Source: Callorhinchus milii (Eukaryota). Taken from it: DNA of 40,747 nucleotides. Shown in pieces: positions 1-11,277 of the stretch. The stretch lies in assembly GCF_018977255.1 (NCBI RefSeq), contig NW_024705483.1, positions 1 to 40,747 on the forward strand. The letters are read 5' to 3'. The translations under genes and the position numbers were made by a program. How positions within the stretch are numbered: position 1 is the first letter of the stretch; the number at the start of each line of letters is the position of its first letter. The notes under the pieces are model-generated. The model ran no database searches and was not told the DNA's origin. It worked only from the letters and a program-made list of their open reading frames with translations.

Positions 1-203
1 CTCCATAATGTACACTCTCTTATTGGGCACGTTCCCTCATTTTGCTGCCACTAAATTGTCAGTCCCAACCATCAGCCAGCTTCCCTTCCAAAGATGTGTC
101 CAGTCTAAGCCCACTTATTTTTATTTCCAGTCAATAGGATGTATTCAACTTGTATTTGATCTCTAGTGCATGTTCCTCTTCCTGTCTCAGCGTACTTCCA
201 AAC

Positions 204-355
204 AGGGTGCAAGATGTTAACTACCTCGCCCGGTATACAGGAGGTCGTGGGTTTGATCCCGACCCTGACACCTGTTGTATATTTGGAGTTTGCATGTCTC
301 TCTCCCCTTGGTCGTGTGGATTTTTCTCTGGGTCCTCCGGTTTTCCCCTCCACAT
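204..355 (+). mobile_element. tRNA-derived SINE, V-SINE/HE1-like (degenerate)
   Basis: B-box-like GGTTTGATCCC at ~249-259, followed by GGAGTTTGCATGTCTCTC...GTGTGGATTTTTCTCTGGGTCCTCCGGTTTTCCCCTCCAC, which resembles the V-SINE core as I recall it. Boundaries approximate. Confidence 0.7.
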
Positions 356-380
356 GTATAATCAACATGCATTTAAAGTA

Positions 381-694
381 CAGGTAGTCCCCGACTTACG
401 ATGGAGATGCGTTACGACGACCCTATCGTAAGTCGAAAATGGCCTAGCCTACCCAGGAGTCTTAAAGAATGGTGATAATTTAGCAAAACAGAGCAATTTA
501 CAGTACCGTGCTGTATAAACTATATGCGTACGGTACATCCCGGCAGCGTCTCAACGTACAGTATCGTACCTCGTACGCTGCTGCGTTTGTTTGCCGCGCG
601 AAATGTAAAATATTTTACAATTTTGTAATATCGCTATCGCCATCGTAGGATCGAAATATCGTTAGTCGGACCATCGTAAGTCGGGGACTACCTG
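381..694. mobile_element. Tc1/mariner (Tigger/pogo-like) MITE
   Basis: Perfect 24-bp terminal inverted repeats CAGGTAGTCCCCGACTTACGATGG (381-404) / CCATCGTAAGTCGGGGACTACCTG (671-694), TA on both sides (379-380, 695-696), no internal ORF. Confidence 0.9.
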
Positions 695-1426
695 TATTTG
701 GCCTCTATTAATTTCCACATGATAAGCCACTTCATTGAGCTCTCATTTGTGGCCTGGTAGTTTCTTGGAAAGAGCTACATAGCTCAGTGGCCTTCACCTG
801 GTAATTATTTAAAAAATAAAACATGCACCTCTCTATGCTTGTTTGCGCACCTTACAGCATTTGTTCTAAATTGTTTTTGTAAATGCCCATGTTTCTGAAC
901 TAAATGAAAAGCAACATACCAATTTGGCAAAATAAGAACGTTTTTAATCGGTGTATATTACCTTCTATGACATATAATACAATGGAAACAAATAATGTAT
1001 GTTCAAATGAAATGTAGGCTTTGTTTGGGTTTACATTTTTATTAATGAACACCCTTAAAATGCTTTGTGTTTGAAAAACTCAACACATTCCTTCAATATC
1101 ATTGTCGTATGGTATGAGACATAAACATTAATTTTATGTACTATCAAGAAGGGCCACTGCTCGAAACATCAACAATTATTTAATTGTCCTTTTTAAGACA
1201 GTGTTATTGTTGAATGTGTTGACGTTTTTTATTTGACTGTGTATAGTTCCAATGGATTATCACCAAATTATTTGTATTTGGATCAGCACGACTGCAGAGG
1301 TGTGGGGTGTGTGTTTTGAAATGTCCCATTGTTGTACATTGGGGAACAATAATGCAGTCAATTATTCTCCAGTGTGGACTCATGGTTCCATTCACTAATT
1401 CACTCACCATCCTATCGTCTCCAAAG

Positions 1427-1703
1427 CTCCAGTCCGTGCCAGTTCCACTTTACGCTCACCAACATGGGCCGGCGCGCCCACCAGCTCTACTGGATGAGCG
1501 AGAGCTTCCCCGTTCCTCGGTCGAATGCCAAAAAGCCGGGTCATCGCGCCACAGGAAGGGGCAGCTGGGCCCACGACGGCACGACCGCGGGCCCCCAGCC
1601 GCCGTCAACACGTGCCGTCTTCTCGTTGCACCCAACGCGCATGGAGTTGGCTCCTGGGGAGAGCATTGACGTGCTTCTGCAGGGCTTCGCTGACGTCCCC
1701 AAG
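1427..1703 (+). CDS. HYDIN: HYDIN exon (SSPCQFHFTLTNMGRRAHQLYWMSESF...VFSLHPTRMELAPGESIDVLLQGFADVPK)
   Basis: Resembles human HYDIN 'HFKLINKGRRIQQLFWMNDSF...VFHLHPASMELYPGQAIDVILEGYS'. Acceptor AAG| (alternative CAG| at 1432), donor |GTGGGC, phase 2 to 0. Confidence 0.9.
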
Positions 1704-2330
1704 GTGGGCGCTGGTGATAACCAGCTGGCTCTACCGCATCGCTCCGGGCTGACATTTGTGTTTATTGAGTTCAATAACATTTGCGGAATTCGCTTGAATG
1801 CCCAAGGGCTTAGGGGAATCAAGCTGCACCACGGTGACGTATATGAATATACGTGGAAAACACAATCAATACTCCTGCCTCTTGGCCTGGAATTTGGAAC
1901 CAACTTTTTAAACTAATGACCTCTTTTTCTCACTCCGTTTAAACTTTTTAGTTTGTTATAATTAAACACCTTATAACGTGGCTCTTTTTTTCCACTTGCC
2001 TGGTATACTGCTTAACAATGGGCCTGCGTGCTGTTGGGCACATGTGTTTTCATGCTTGTTGCAAAGTCAGCCTGACACTGGGGCAATGTAAGGCTCTGAT
2101 TTTGAACTTTTTGCAAAGAATGTCAGGATGACTTTACTTTGAGTATGATAATGATTACTTCCATGTATTTTATGCATTCCTTATTAGTTAATATTATTAA
2201 ATACAACACAATTTGTGAATTTTCCTGCACATAGCACAGTGTAAGACCCTTCGTACGTGATTTTGTGTGGAAGCAGCCATAATGTTTGGTAAGAATTTAA
2301 CAAGCTGAATTCTTAAACAGCACGCATCAG

Positions 2331-2650
2331 TCTTCTTGGTTCTTTCGGTAAAGTCACGTAGAAGGAAAATAATAAAATAATAAAAATTGAACATAATAAA
2401 ATAATTCTCACGACGTTCAGCCACAACGCAAGCAGCCGTCTTCCTGTCGAGAAGGCAGAGTCTGAATGATCATTCAGACTCTGCCTTCTCGACAGCCTGT
2501 TCTCCACCTGAAGACGGCTGCTTGCGTTGTGGCTGAAACGTGAGAATATTTATTATGTTTTATTTTATTATTTTATTATTTTCCTTCTACGTGACTTTAC
2601 CGAAAGAACCAAGAAGATGAATCCTGCAGTCACGAAAGCTTTAAATCGAA
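2331..2650. mobile_element. Penelope-like retroelement pseudo-LTR fragment inserted as an inverted repeat
   Basis: Inverted arms 2331-2443 / 2510-2617; 12-bp direct repeat AGCACGCATCAG at 2319-2330 and 2651-2662 (probable target-site duplication); hammerhead-like core; 3' end GTCACGAAAGCTTT resembles vertebrate Penelope ends. Confidence 0.7.
2500..2547 (+). ncRNA. Minimal type I hammerhead-ribozyme-like motif (degenerate)
   Basis: TTCTCCAC-CTGAAGA-C-GGCTGC..GTGGCT-GAAAC-GTGAGAA: CUGANGA and GAAA boxes, stem II, stem I (TTCTC-CAC/GTGAGAA). The GUC cleavage triplet is absent here but present in the inverted copy (~2405-2443, minus). Confidence 0.6.
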
Positions 2651-2821
2651 AGCACGCATCAGCTTGTACATTTCATTGTAATTTAATAACTGGAATAACT
2701 TCAATTGTAATAACATTTAATTATTATGCTTTAAAAGGTTTTTGTGGTGCTGCAGTTATTAAGATGACATTTGAATCTGCAATCAGCATTTAATATTTTA
2801 CAATCTATATCATTTTTGGGG

Positions 2822-3030
2822 TCAAGGAGTGGCATTGTGGTTCGTGAACTGTGCAATGAACCTGGCAACCTGAGTATTATTCCTGGCCATGGCTAACATC
2901 ATTGGAAATTAATATCTAAACTGGTGCTCGCCCCCCACACCCCCACCTTCTTTACCCTTCACCCCAGCACTGATCAACAGGGTGAAGTATGGTTAAACAA
3001 CCCCATGACAACCACGGCGATGGGGGACGC
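2822..3030 (+). mobile_element. Possible degenerate tRNA-headed SINE
   Basis: A-box-like GTGGCATTGTGG (~2829); downstream GCACTGATCAACAGGGTGAAGTATG is similar to the body of the 5S-derived SINE copies. Confidence 0.35.
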
Positions 3031-3561
3031 CTTTATCCAGGAGGGAATTGACAAAGGGGCATAGTTGACACATCATTCAAACTTAATTCCATTGAATGTA
3101 TATTTCTTGCCTTATTAAAATTATATATGTACGCTCTTGTAGTAGAAGTATGTGCATGTAATGTGCACAGATGTGATATATACTCACCAAATGATATATA
3201 ATATTAAACTTACTGCACTCTTTTACGTGAGATGTAAATCAAAGTTGGAGTTGGTGGGTGGGTTATTTTTAGCAGAGGCTGATGTGTTACAGTGCATGAT
3301 GGCAATGGCAACTGTTCCTTTGATGCTGTCACAGAAGTTAAGGTCTAAATCACAATGATTAGGGAGAGTGAAAAAGTTTCAAAAGCCCCATCAGATGGGT
3401 GGGACTTGTTGGGGAGAGCAAGCGATATTAACATGGCGCTCTGGTGAGTAATTGGACCCAGTGCCCACCGCAATAGCCGGTGGCCTCTGCCACTTTGTAT
3501 GCTTGGCCGAATGTCATTATGAGTGCTTCAAAGGGTTGCAAATATACATACGCATTGTGTA

Positions 3562-3775
3562 GCTTCTGACAAAATCACCTGAAATGCACCCGATCCGTCA
3601 GATCTCAAAAGCTAAGCAGGTTTGAGCGTGGATAGTGTGTGGATGGGTGACCACCATGCACAGCAGGGTTTTATAGGCGATGTTATGTGACAGCAGAAGG
3701 TAGTGCAACAAAACTGATTGGGCCATTGCTCCCCACCATCACCAAACGCACTGACCAGCATGATGAAGTATGATT
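3562..3775 (+). mobile_element. 5S rRNA-derived SINE (SINE3-like), copy 1
   Basis: 3562-3678 aligns by eye to 5S rRNA (TGAAATGCACCCGATC-CGTCAGATCTCAAAAGCTAAGCAGG...GGATGGGTGACC...TAGGC) with many substitutions; the downstream body is shared with copy 2. Confidence 0.75.
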
Positions 3776-4324
3776 TTTTTTTAAGTAACCGACTTGATAC
3801 GCACAGGATGGGGGAGACCACTATTCCAGAAGTGAATTGACTCAAGGCTGTACATGTACATGAGTAAATAACTGTAATCATACAGTGATACATGTGTAAT
3901 ATGCTATGCACTTCATATGCTTTTTTGCATGTGTTCATAATCATGTGTCTGTTAATCATATATCTATCATATATATTGTTATAGTTTACTGTTCGTGCAT
4001 ACGTATATTCTGCCTATTGTTATTGTTTGAATACATGCGCACTTTATGATAATTTGAGTAACTCAAAAGTGAGTTTATTCGGATATTCTCGATTTTTATT
4101 TGAAACTTAGAATGCCTATCTTCAATACTTGTTAACAAAAGCGTTAATTTGGCAATTAAAAATTCAAGACAGTGCTATGGTGTAAATGAGTTAATATCTA
4201 TAATTTTACAGATTATTCTATGTTACATGCCTTCACCGAATGTTGCATGGTGGTGCTACATTGATATTGCAAGCACAGAGTGACTCACATTGCATGCCTC
4301 TTTGTCTCCTTTGGCCACCATCAG

Positions 4325-4468
4325 GTGGTAAGCGAGCAGATGGTGTGCCATGCCATTATTGGTAAGCAGTCGGGCAAAGAGAGGATCATGCGAATGAACA
4401 TTAGGTGCGAGTTCATCCAGCCGCTGTTGGAACTTTCATCGCGGCAAATCAGCTTTGTGGTGGAGAAG
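4325..4468 (+). CDS. HYDIN: HYDIN exon (VVSEQMVCHAIIGKQSGKERIMRMNIRCEFIQPLLELSSRQISFVVEK)
   Basis: CAG| ... |GTACTT, 144 nt, phase 0-0; resembles human 'VKEKLVCHAIIGAQKGKSLVMAVNITCEFVAPLIQLS'. Confidence 0.93.
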
Positions 4469-5956
4469 GTACTTAGCATGCAATTCTCAATGATATTGTT
4501 ATCGCTAGGGACATCATCCTCATCCACATCGTCTTTGTCTTTATGGTAACTCTCATAGTCTTCATATCCCTGCTCTGCTCCATTGTGCCATTTGCAGCAA
4601 CGTCTAGGGCAACAAAAACCTGCTCTATATTTTGCGTCAAAATGCTAAATAAATGTCGTGATATGGAGGTGCCAAACATGCATAAAAGTTTGTGCGACAT
4701 GGGCCACTGCGTTGTGTCAGCACTCCCAAAGTGTGGACTCCCCATAGTGTGATTTTCATAATTCTCCACAATGGTAAAATATTCACATTTATAATAGTTT
4801 CACTCCCAAACTCCACTCGAACCCTGCCTACTTTGGACCCTTGATCAATTTGGCATAAGGAGATGCAGGATTATTGTAATTGTTGTGTTGTATCGGCCAC
4901 ATGTCAATTTGGAAAGTGCTGAATTGTCCCGATTTTCCTGCGAAAACGACCATCATTCTACCAAAAATTGTCAGAATGATGGACAAAATAGCTATATGAA
5001 TTGCACCCAATGTCATCTATTAGCATACTTACTCCATATTACCCTGGCATATCATCGAATTCAAGAGAATTGTTTTTCTCTATGATGTAGCCAGAGGGGA
5101 TGTTTGCTACATTAAATTAAATAGCTTTTTTTTGGCTTTGGGATTGTTAAAGCAGCAGTCTCCAGATTTGGTTACAGCGCATGTTTGTGACAAGGTCACC
5201 TTTAGGCTCCAAAATATATTATATGAGCATAAGGTTCGTGCCATATAATCCTAAGGATAATATGCACCCACCAGCAGCACATGGATAGATAATGAAATGA
5301 GAGGGAATTTAGAAAGGATTGTTTAATTTCAGAGAGGTGGATGATTGTTCATACACAGTATATGATGATCACACACATTCAGCGACAGTTGTGAGGGGCT
5401 GGCTTTCTCAGCTATAATTGCCTGCCACTCATGAGATGAAAATAGGTGTTGCGGAAAAAAAATCACACCTAAGATATATAACTGGTGTTTTCTAATTGTT
5501 GCGTTTGAGTGACAAATGGAAGAGCTGACAATTCACCGCTTTATTAAAATGTCTGCTCACAACATGGATGCGTATAGCTATCTATATTTATTTACGCTAT
5601 GTATATACATGGTGATAATATATTGAGATCGGATTATTTATTGCAAGGATAGACTCACATGTTATTAAAACAATTATTTTTAAAAATATAATCCACACAG
5701 TTCATGGTGTTTGCATAAAAAGATGTGATTTCACAATAAACCTCATCCAGTATTTGAAACTTTTATATCTCACGTATAAATATACAAATAGGGTGTATTA
5801 TTCTTATAACTATAGCCAACTGTTAAGATACTTTGAATATAAATCTTTGTTATGTTATGTCCATGCCATTTTTGCCACGATATTGAATCCCTGCATCATA
5901 GAGCATGAGTCATCATTAATATAAACATTAATATACCTTGTCTCCTTATGTGCCAG

Positions 5957-6100
5957 CGACCAGAGGACACCCTACAACCACAGTACGAGCAACTGAAACT
6001 TAAGAATGTGTCATCACTGCCGCTGGCCATGAACCTGAGCCTGGAGTTTCCTTTCAGTATCATCCTCCCAGAGGACTGCCCTGCTGATCCCAGCGCCACA
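5957..6100 (+). CDS. HYDIN: HYDIN exon (RPEDTLQPQYEQLKLKNVSSLPLAMNLSLEFPFSIILPEDCPADPSAT)
   Basis: CAG| ... |GTGAGT, 144 nt, phase 0-0; resembles human 'KPNSILKPDYQPLAIKNISTLPVNLLL'. Confidence 0.9.
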
Positions 6101-6892
6101 GTGAGTGCCCCTGCTAGAGGCCAGCGTGTCTACACCTGTGTGGGGTCAGTTACACGCACAAGGCAATGCAGCACATTACCCGATAGCTCTCTGATGTGTT
6201 TTCGAGTTGTGCCGCATGCTTCTCAAGAAGCTGCCGACCCGTGGAGCAAAAGTCGGACATCAGGTCAAGCAACATGCGGTACAACGCAAAAATATCAGAG
6301 CTGTACAGAATAACCGCCAAAGTCTATGCAGCAACATTGCCTGATTCCTAATTACATTGTATGGTTTGAATGTGTTAAAAAGAAAGTTTGTTTTCCTATT
6401 TTAAGTTACAAGACACACATACTTGACATACACGATGGAACGTTCAATACTTTTTTCAAATTGAATTTGTAATCTTGTGCCATACATATTTGCACAGCTT
6501 TTTTTGTGTGGTGGTTTTGTTCTACTTTTCTCCCACTCAGTCTTGTTTCATTAGGCCCCTTGTCTCACATTGGTCATATTTAGATATGATATAGATGCAC
6601 TGCTTTGCCGCAAAGCTCGTTTAATTTTCCAAATTGAAAACGTGTATGTAATGAATTAACTTTAAAATTATTAAATAACCGGCAGATTATTTCAAGAAAT
6701 GTGATACTTTTAAAGTATTCTTGTGCTTGTTTACACAGGCAAGACTCACTAATTCAGAAGACTTATTTTTCAGGAAGGTCCTGCCAAGTTTTTTTTCTGG
6801 AGGAGTCATTTTGCGATGTCTAATCCCATTGAGTAATGTTCAGCATTTTTTTTTTCATTTGGCCAATACCGTTGACAACGTATGTTTTTAGC

Positions 6893-6940
6893 TATGGGAG
6901 GAAACCAGAGAACTCAGAGCAAAGTCATGAAAACACGTGA
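6893..6940 (-). repeat. Short V-SINE-like core fragment
   Basis: TGGGAGGAAACCAGAGAACTCAGAGCAAAGTCATG is a degenerate reverse complement of the core seen at ~315-352. Confidence 0.4.
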
Positions 6941-9409
6941 CTTTCCTCCTGCTATATTGTAAATGCAATTTCTATGCGTGTGGACCACATAATACACGTT
7001 AATAAAGACACGTCCATCCAACCACGCATTGCAATGTAATATTCACTGTACCTCACTTAAATACAATACCTCTATGATAGGACCACTCTTTGATCTAACG
7101 TACACCTGACATTTTTCACCCACCAAAGAATCTCTGACGTAATATCTGCGCGACCAATTGACAGTACGTCAAAATACATGTTGAACATGATGGCTATGTA
7201 GCCTTCGACAATAGCAAGATGTCAAAACATAAAATTCGTCTCAGATAGTTTGTTGATTTGTTTTTATATAAAATTCAGCTGTGTGACTTGTCCCACGAAA
7301 GGCCTATACAGTATGTTTCTGCCACAGCATAAATATTATTTCTTATTTTTGTTTATATCAGTTGTAAGAATTATTTTTAATATAGAAACTAATATATGTT
7401 CGCTGGTTAATGTTTAATCTTGCACAATTGTTCATCAGTCAGCATTGTCTGATGGAACCATCTTCAGCATGTGAAGGACCAGTGTGATATGCCAAAGTCT
7501 TATCAATTGATAGCCATTGTTATTCTTAAATGACAAAAACACTGCTATAATTTTACTTGATTTTAAAATGCAGTTGTTTTTACTATAATAGACATAAATA
7601 ATCTGTGTTTAATGAGATGTTGATCACAGCCGAGTTAAAATTTGGTTCTTTTTTGCGTTGCTGAAGTTGTGATTTACAGTGTGTTTGTTATCTGATTGTG
7701 GTATACAGCATGTATATTTTCTTCTTACCCGCATGGTTATTTAAAAATGATTGCTCATGTTTATAAATGTATGCAATTATGCATGTGTCATTATTTTCTC
7801 CAATGCCACCTGCATCCAAGCTGTGTCCAGATGGATCTAGCAACAAATAAAATAACCAATGCTTGTGTCATTCAGGAAAGCATGCATTTATCGCTGCTCT
7901 ATTTTTAATATATATAAAAAACATATTTTTGGTTTTCAATACTATGTTATGATGCAGTATAATAATATACTGCTACTAAAATTAATGTAGTGAAAAACAT
8001 ACAGAGAACATGATACTTTTTCTGAATGTATTGCTCTGAAAGAGCGCATTTTTATTATGAGTGTAATACAACACAAGGGAGAGTCTTACAACAGACAGTT
8101 TCCCACTTGTTCAAGGCAAACCCCACAGCAGGGAAAGGTACAAAATGAACATGCATATAGAATAGCCATTTATCTTTTTTAATAAAGGGTATGGTGTGAC
8201 AGCTGTTATTACTCCCTTTTTATTGTTCTCAAAATTATAATAACCCAATTATAACCTCTGCTATGAGACCTCACACAGTCAACATACCAAAAACAATTTT
8301 CTCTGCACGGCTGCAGCAATAAACAAACACATTCGTCTTGATATCCAGCAAGGTTTGTTTTTTTTTCTTTGGAATCATATCGCCCCTAGCTTTCACTATC
8401 TGTTCTCATAAGTGACATTATAGACCCTTGTCATTGGGTCAGTGTTCATTTGTTTATTTTGTAAGTTATTCCTAGAGGAGGCCAGTCATCCAATGCATCA
8501 TGATCTTACTTTCTTTTCATTGACCGTATTAAAAGGAACCTGTTATAATTTTTAATCAACCCTGTTATTTTTCACATCGGTTCACTGAAACAGCGGCTTA
8601 GGCGTTTGTATATTTTGTACATATAAGCTTGGTGTGAGCTCTTTTCTTGCAATGGTACACGTGTCAAGGTTCAGCATCAGGGGGCTTAATATAGTTAATG
8701 TTATACTCATCCACCTATTCTAGATGGTGCAATATTTAGAAATATTTCACACCCGTGGTTGTGAATTGACTGAGCAGCTACATAAGGATCATTTCTTGGG
8801 AATTTTCTAATTCATTGGTGGCCTAGGGATGTTTTTTTTACTGTGTTAACAGAAACATTTTTCGATTGCATCTCGGTTTTCATTCCTTCAAGATTGCATT
8901 ACATGACACGCTAAACTAAATTATATGGCTGTTTAACTTATCCCTTTAAATACCATTTGGTAAGTTTAATATCTTTAAACATCTCCAACAATGTGAGGTC
9001 AATGGGTTTTAAATGCATTTCCTTGTAATCGTTACACTTTCCATTCTTTTTCAGTCACTTAATTTAAGTAAATGTCTTGTGTCCAAGTTGACTTCAGTGT
9101 TAAAATTGGAAATTTCACGATGATTTTACATGTTTACTATTCAGATATATACGTACAATACAGTATATATTTTTGTATCAATAATTACTTAAGTGTATCA
9201 TATTTGTGATATTTCTGTTAACCTTCCTGTCCATTTACCAACTCACTTTACAGCACGTGATTATTTTCAAGAAACCAAGCCATGTACGTTTCAATAACTT
9301 TTTGCTGTGTGGTAGGTGGTGACAATTTTGGTAGCGTGCCATGTATTCAGTGTTGTGTGTGGCTGGTAGAAACCTGATGGCATGTGCTGTTTTGCGTGCC
9401 GCGTGCCAG

Positions 9410-9723
9410 GCCCTGAAGCTGGGCATCGGAGAAGAGCAGGAGGTGACGGTGGCGTTTGAGCCAGGGTACCGGGACGACGCAGCGTCACGCATCGCCACGG
9501 GCCTTCTTACCATCGAGCACGCTCACCACCCTCACCGTGATCACGTGGCGCTGCTCGGACACACACATTTCCCCAACCTCTCCTTCGATCACACGAGCGT
9601 TGACTTTGGGTGCGTGCTCAACCACACGGAGGTGGAACGGCGCATCACAATGGTCAACTGCAGCCCACTGCCCGTGTCCTTCTGTTGGTCCTTTCTACAA
9701 CACGACGGGACCACACCTATCAG
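9410..9723 (+). CDS. HYDIN: HYDIN exon (ALKLGIGEEQEVTVAFEPGYRDD...HFPNLSFDHTSVDFGCVLNHTEVERRITMVNCSPLPVSFCWSFL...)
   Basis: CAG| ... |GTGCCT, 314 nt, phase 0 to 2; resembles human 'HYPNLSFETKELDFGCILNDTELIRYVTITNCSPLVVKFRWFFL'. Confidence 0.95.
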
Positions 9724-10497
9724 GTGCCTTAACATGCGGCCTACATTTTTTGGGTATTGTGAGTCTTGTTTAATGGACCGGTCAATTGCTAGGATGAAAA
9801 TTCTTGAGTGGTCTGGGCAAATTTCAGGCACGTGCATATCTTGAGTGTATAGATCATTTGCAAAGTTGGTAGCAGCTCATGCTGAATAAATCCAAAATAC
9901 ATTGAACAAATGTGCCACAGGTTTACAATGCCTGGTCCTGATGCCTTCACACAATTACCGCTGCAACTACCACTATTCTCCTTACAAATTCTCATTGCCA
10001 TGTGTATCTAAGATTTTTATGGCAAAAGTAGGTCACTGTAAATAACCCACTGTTCAGCTGCCTCTTGGCCATATCTTACACTGGTTTTTTTTATCCTGCT
10101 GCAGATCACAATAAGGGTGTGTAAAAGAAACCATTAATTACTTTTTTTTATCACAGGTCATATCTGCAAATAATGCAAAAATAAATTTAACCCCAACCAT
10201 TGGAAAGCAACTCACTGGCTATAAGGAACCAACATTAAAGGGGGTGCATAGAACGTTTTTATTATGTTTTCATGGTACTTCACTTTATAATAACGTCTAT
10301 ACCCTAGTGACACAAACATAAAATGAGTACGCTTTCAAAAACAACCATCAATTCAGATGGTGTGCTCAGATATATAGAACTCTAGTGCCTACAATGTACG
10401 GGTGCTAGTGCTTAGGTCATATATTTTTATCACCGTGCGAAGTGATTTTAAGTGCAGTTGGACCATTTGGACAATACGGAGCTTCAACCCATCCATA

Positions 10498-10575
10498 CAG
10501 TCAACTCTCCATTATCTGGGGTAATGGGAGAAGGGATGGCCAGGTGAAAACAAAACCTCGGATAATGCAAAATGT
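10498..10575 (+). repeat. Possible Tigger-like terminal fragment
   Basis: TA|CAGTCAACTCTCCATTATCTGG ... CCTCGGATAATG resembles Tigger-type MITE ends; no partner terminal repeat found. Confidence 0.3.
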
Positions 10576-10738
10576 ATGTAAAATTGGCTAAAAGTGCATT
10601 TTAATAATTCACCTACTTAGAAATTAGGGTGAAGACAAGCCTCACAGTGCTCGCCAAAGCCACATTTAGTATTCTTGGGGTTCAACATTAATGCTTAAAA
10701 CACTGGTAGCTGGTATCAAGAGTGGTATTACAGGAAAC

Positions 10739-10789
10739 CATATAGTACATGATAATACATATAGTACATGATAATACATAGAGTACATG
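10739..10789 (+). repeat. 19-bp tandem repeat, ~2.7 copies
   Basis: CATATAGTACATGATAATA x2 plus CATAGAGTACATG. Confidence 0.9.
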
Positions 10790-10799
10790 TACACAGCCC

Positions 10800-11076
10800 T
10801 TTGTTATTCCACTGCTGGGTGAAGGCCACCCACGCTATGTGAATACTTTACCACCCTGAGCAGTGTGGGTTGATGAGGCAGAGCACATAGACGTGAGGGC
10901 ATAGAAGTACAGAACAACAATGGATGTTGCTGCAATACCTCTGTTGCCCACTACGTAGCTGTGCAACCTATAACGCTGGTTATGCATCTTGGTCACCCAT
11001 CAAAAAACTATCGAGGTACAATCCTGCTCTGAGATCTGATGATATTGGGCGCATTCCCAGTGGTTTTGGCAGAGTC
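10800..11076 (-). mobile_element. 5S rRNA-derived SINE (SINE3-like), copy 2, with RTE-like 3' tail
   Basis: Minus strand reads GCCAAAACCACTGGGAATGCGCCCAATATCATCAGATCTC..AGCAGG..GATGGGTGACC..TTATAGG (5S-like), then a body similar to copy 1, then GGCCTTCACCCAGCAGTGG. Confidence 0.7.
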
Positions 11077-11160
11077 AACCACCTAGTAATAATACATAAA
11101 TCGACTGTCGTTGCTTCGATGTCATTGTTGTCTTTTTTACGACATGTATTTTTGGATCAG

Positions 11161-11277
11161 TCACCGAGGAGAGGGGGCGGCCGTGCACAGCTCCCTGCCG
11201 AAGCCGTTTGAGGACGATGAGCACAGGAGCCGGCCGCACGTGGGAGAAGTCCGTGCCACGCCAGCCAGCAGAAGCAG
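11161..11277 (+). CDS. HYDIN: Probable HYDIN linker exon (HRGEGAAVHSSLPKPFEDDEHRSRPHVGEVRATPASRS)
   Basis: CAG| ... |GTGCGC, 117 nt, phase 2-2, GC-rich, fits both neighbouring exons; sequence is poorly conserved. Confidence 0.65.

Noticed and set aside
2197..2793. Two similar ORFs (FYYFIIFLLRDFTERTKK) on opposite strands
   Set aside because: By-product of the inverted repeat; not a gene pair.
3562..3678. Functional 5S rRNA gene
   Set aside because: Too many substitutions, no T-run terminator, and followed by a body shared with a second copy, so treated as a SINE head.
4620..4720. Minus-strand peptide HKLLCMFGTSISRHLFSIL, reminiscent of the hAT transposase C-terminal motif
   Set aside because: Similarity is too short and weak to support without a profile search.
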